A stretch of 64,000 nucleotides of DNA from Phaeosaccion multiseriatum (Eukaryota > Protista > Ochrophyta, other classes): NCBI GenBank assembly GCA_965112735.1, contig OZ218951.1, positions 1,116,001 to 1,180,000 of the forward strand, in the 5' to 3' direction. The position numbers and the translations under genes are program-made. Shown piece by piece: positions 61,539-64,000 of the stretch. How positions within the stretch are numbered: the first letter of the stretch is position 1; each line of letters begins with the position of its first letter. The notes below the pieces were generated by a model, which had not been told where the DNA came from, made no database searches, and saw only the letters and a list, made by a program, of their open reading frames with translations.

Positions 61539-63395
61539 TCAGGACACCGCCGCTGGACCGCAAACGCTCCGAAAGTGCTTCTCGTGCTTGCCCGTCAAGG
61601 CAAACACGCGATACTTATGATTTAGGCTCTTGACGCTGTGTAGCAGCGCCGCCGACCCTAGACAGCCTCTGCCCGCTACCGCCACAGCGTACGTCACGCG
61701 CCTAACTCGGCTGTGCACCAGTGCCATGGCGCACATCGGGCAGGGCTCGTGAAGGAGGTACACGTCAAGCCCCGTGCACAGGTACTGGCCCCGGTCCAGG
61801 CATGCTTCTTCTCCTCCTCCTTCTGATGTTGCTCCTCCTCTTTCTGCTGCTGCTGCTGCTGCTGCTGCGACTGTTGCTCCTTGCTTCGCTCCATCTTGTT
61901 TCCTACATGTCTCGTCCTTACTTCGCTGCCCCTTGCCTTCTTCCGATAGCGGCGCGGGGGGTGACCCATCTCTGCCATCCCCTCCCTTCTCCCCCTGCTC
62001 CTCCTCCTCCTCCTCCTCCTCTTCTTCTTCTTCTTCTTCCTTGTCTAGCTGCCTCTGCCGCACAAGCCGGCGTCCGACACCGTCCAAGATGGCCATCGTG
62101 GGGTGCATGAGGGGATGATTGCGCATACCGGAGGGCACCCTTGAGAAGGACACGATTTGCTTGTTGGCAGGGTTCACCGCCACCCCGCCAGACACCTTGC
62201 AGCGGGCCTCCTTCAGGCTACTACAGCAACACGGAAATGGTGTTGGTTCTGGAGCTGCCCTCACACTCACTACCCCTCCTTCTCCTCCTCCCCCTCCTCC
62301 TCCTTCTCCTCCTCCCCCTCCTTCTCCTCCTTCTCCTCCTCCTCCTCCTCCTCCTCCTCCTCCTATTCTTCCTCCTCCTTCTCCCCCTCCTCCTTCTCTC
62401 CCTCCTGCTGCTGCTGGTGGTGGTGTTGGTGATAGCGGTCTGCTTCTTTCCTGCCGCTCTCGCTGCTGCTCTTGAGCATCACGTAGTGCGCAGCGCATAT
62501 AGTATAGAGTCGCCGCTTCCTCCTGCTCAGTCAGCTTCTGCTCGCTACGTCTGCGTGTCTCGCGTAGGAAGAGAAAGCGAGGCAACCCAGGCAAGCAACA
62601 GAGTGCCCAGTTTGGCCAGGGTGTGAGAGGGAGGAAGGTGACATCACCAGAGGGTGTGGGGCTTAGTATTTTGTTTTTCACAACAGGGCACACCCACCCG
62701 TATCCATTCCAGCAGGGGTGGGACGCATCGATTGACATTGACTGCCGTACAAGAGCAGCAGGTCGCCTGGTACCAGGACTCCAAAGGTGTGAGTGAACAA
62801 GTGCCCAGTGTTGGTCCATTCTTTCCTATCTCAGACCAACTTGACCTCCCAAGCCGCCCTCCATCCCTCAGAGCGAGCTCTGCCACACCTCCTTGCTCAC
62901 TCACCTGCTTTCTGCAGCGCTCAGGTTGAAATTCATGGGCCACAAGGCTCTACCCTCCTCAAACTGCGGTCTATTGTAAGGAGCGTACCTCGGGACCTGC
63001 ACCACATCCTCTTCGCCAGGACACACACCGCATGCTGTCTCCAGCTCCTTCCGAACTTCCTCAGACTCAGGCGCCCAGTACTCTTCGGGAGTGGCCAGAA
63101 GGACCGACAGAGACGTAGCCTTGCGGCCTCCACCCCCTTTCTTGCCGCCACTGGTACTGCCGCTGCCGTCGACCTCTTCGTTGCTCTTGCATGCCTTGAC
63201 TCTCTTGAGGTGTTGCATAGCCTGACTACTAAGAGGGAAAGCGTTGGCCAGTCGAGGCATGAGCGCACCCGCCGCCTGAGGACGAATCGCTACCACCACC
63301 ACCTCCATCCGCTCCTTCCATCGGGCTTCCATTTCCTCAGCCTCCCCGTCGCCAATCTCGACCACAAAGCCCGTGGACCCCTCTTCCTCACTCAT
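61539..63395 (-). CDS. ADAT3: tRNA-specific adenosine-34 deaminase non-catalytic subunit (Tad3), 2 exons
   Basis: HLKRV, VPRYAP, WPMNF, HPLMHPTM (no catalytic Glu), YLCTGLDVYLLHEPCPMCAMALVHSRVRRV and LNHKYRVF. Confidence 0.92.
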
Positions 63396-64000
63396 GATAT
63401 CCCTACCACCCTCAAATATACCCGGGAGGGTCCGTCGAGTTGGGGATAAGAGGGGAAAGGGGAGAGAGAGGAGGGGAAGGTGGGGACAGGAAAGGTGTTT
63501 TCCCCCCCGTTGTTTTCTTCCCGAAGGGCCGAAGGGATTGCCAGTTCGGCAGGAACTACCAGCTAGCTTCAGCAGCTTATAACGATCATATCCCACGCTA
63601 ACGTTAGCCCACTCCTCTCCCTCTTCCAGGATCCACACCGATCGCGGGAAATCCGAGTAAGGCAGCGAATTTCGCCGAGATGAAACTCAAACTGGATTTC
63701 CTCCCTTCCCCTCCTCGCTCATCATCGCTCTTCACGGCGTATACGCGCCGTATAGGCACCCCTCCTTCGCCTGCTCTCCCTTCTCATCGTATCCCTTTCC
63801 ATCCCTCTTCCGAAGGCTTGCTTTGGACCAAGGGCCGGCAAGAAATCGGCACCAGGCTCGCAACAAGGGAAAGGGTGTGCCGTGGACGCACAACAAGAAT
63901 GTCCATCAGAGAAGACCCGTCGTTCACCTTGAGTGGCAATACCTTCATCCAGCAAGCGCTTCGGCAAGGCAGACGGGTGGATGGCCGCTCCATTCTCCAG

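Noticed and set aside
62424-62435. Weaker matches to the dispersed motif (also at 4222, 58308 and 45910)
   Set aside because: Two or more mismatches, so within chance expectation; not counted.
63722-64000. Short ORFs at the window end
   Set aside because: Too little sequence to support a call; may be the start of a gene divergent from ADAT3.

Overview
Eukaryotic nuclear DNA: GC-rich, intron-rich, and dense in microsatellites. Bipartite plastid-targeting peptides (signal peptide plus an A-F cleavage motif) on the FKBP, thioredoxin and probably ADC synthase point to an alga with a secondary red plastid (ochrophyte stramenopile; inference). I can support 15 protein-coding genes: the 3' part of a histidine-phosphatase-like membrane protein, a very large Cys-rich/multi-TM surface protein, a kinase with EF-hands and two cNMP-binding domains, Strawberry notch, a small putative zinc-finger gene that looks frameshifted, glucosidase II alpha (GH31), PHF5A, a UPF0489 protein, ZNHIT1/SWC6, ADC synthase (PabA-PabB), PDX2, a plastid thioredoxin, a thylakoid FKBP, a hypothetical secreted protein and ADAT3. 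The genes alternate strand at 13 of 14 junctions. The most striking unexplained signal is a dispersed 12-mer, AGTTGGTGATAC (extended consensus CAGCAG-TTGGTGATA-CAGCAG). It occurs as 8 exact and 4 one-mismatch copies, all inside long gene bodies, on both strands, in introns and in four different reading frames of unrelated proteins, so it appears to be a DNA-level signal rather than a protein motif. No rRNA, tRNA, CRISPR array or autonomous transposon was recognised. Exon boundaries and motif counts were read by eye and may be slightly off.
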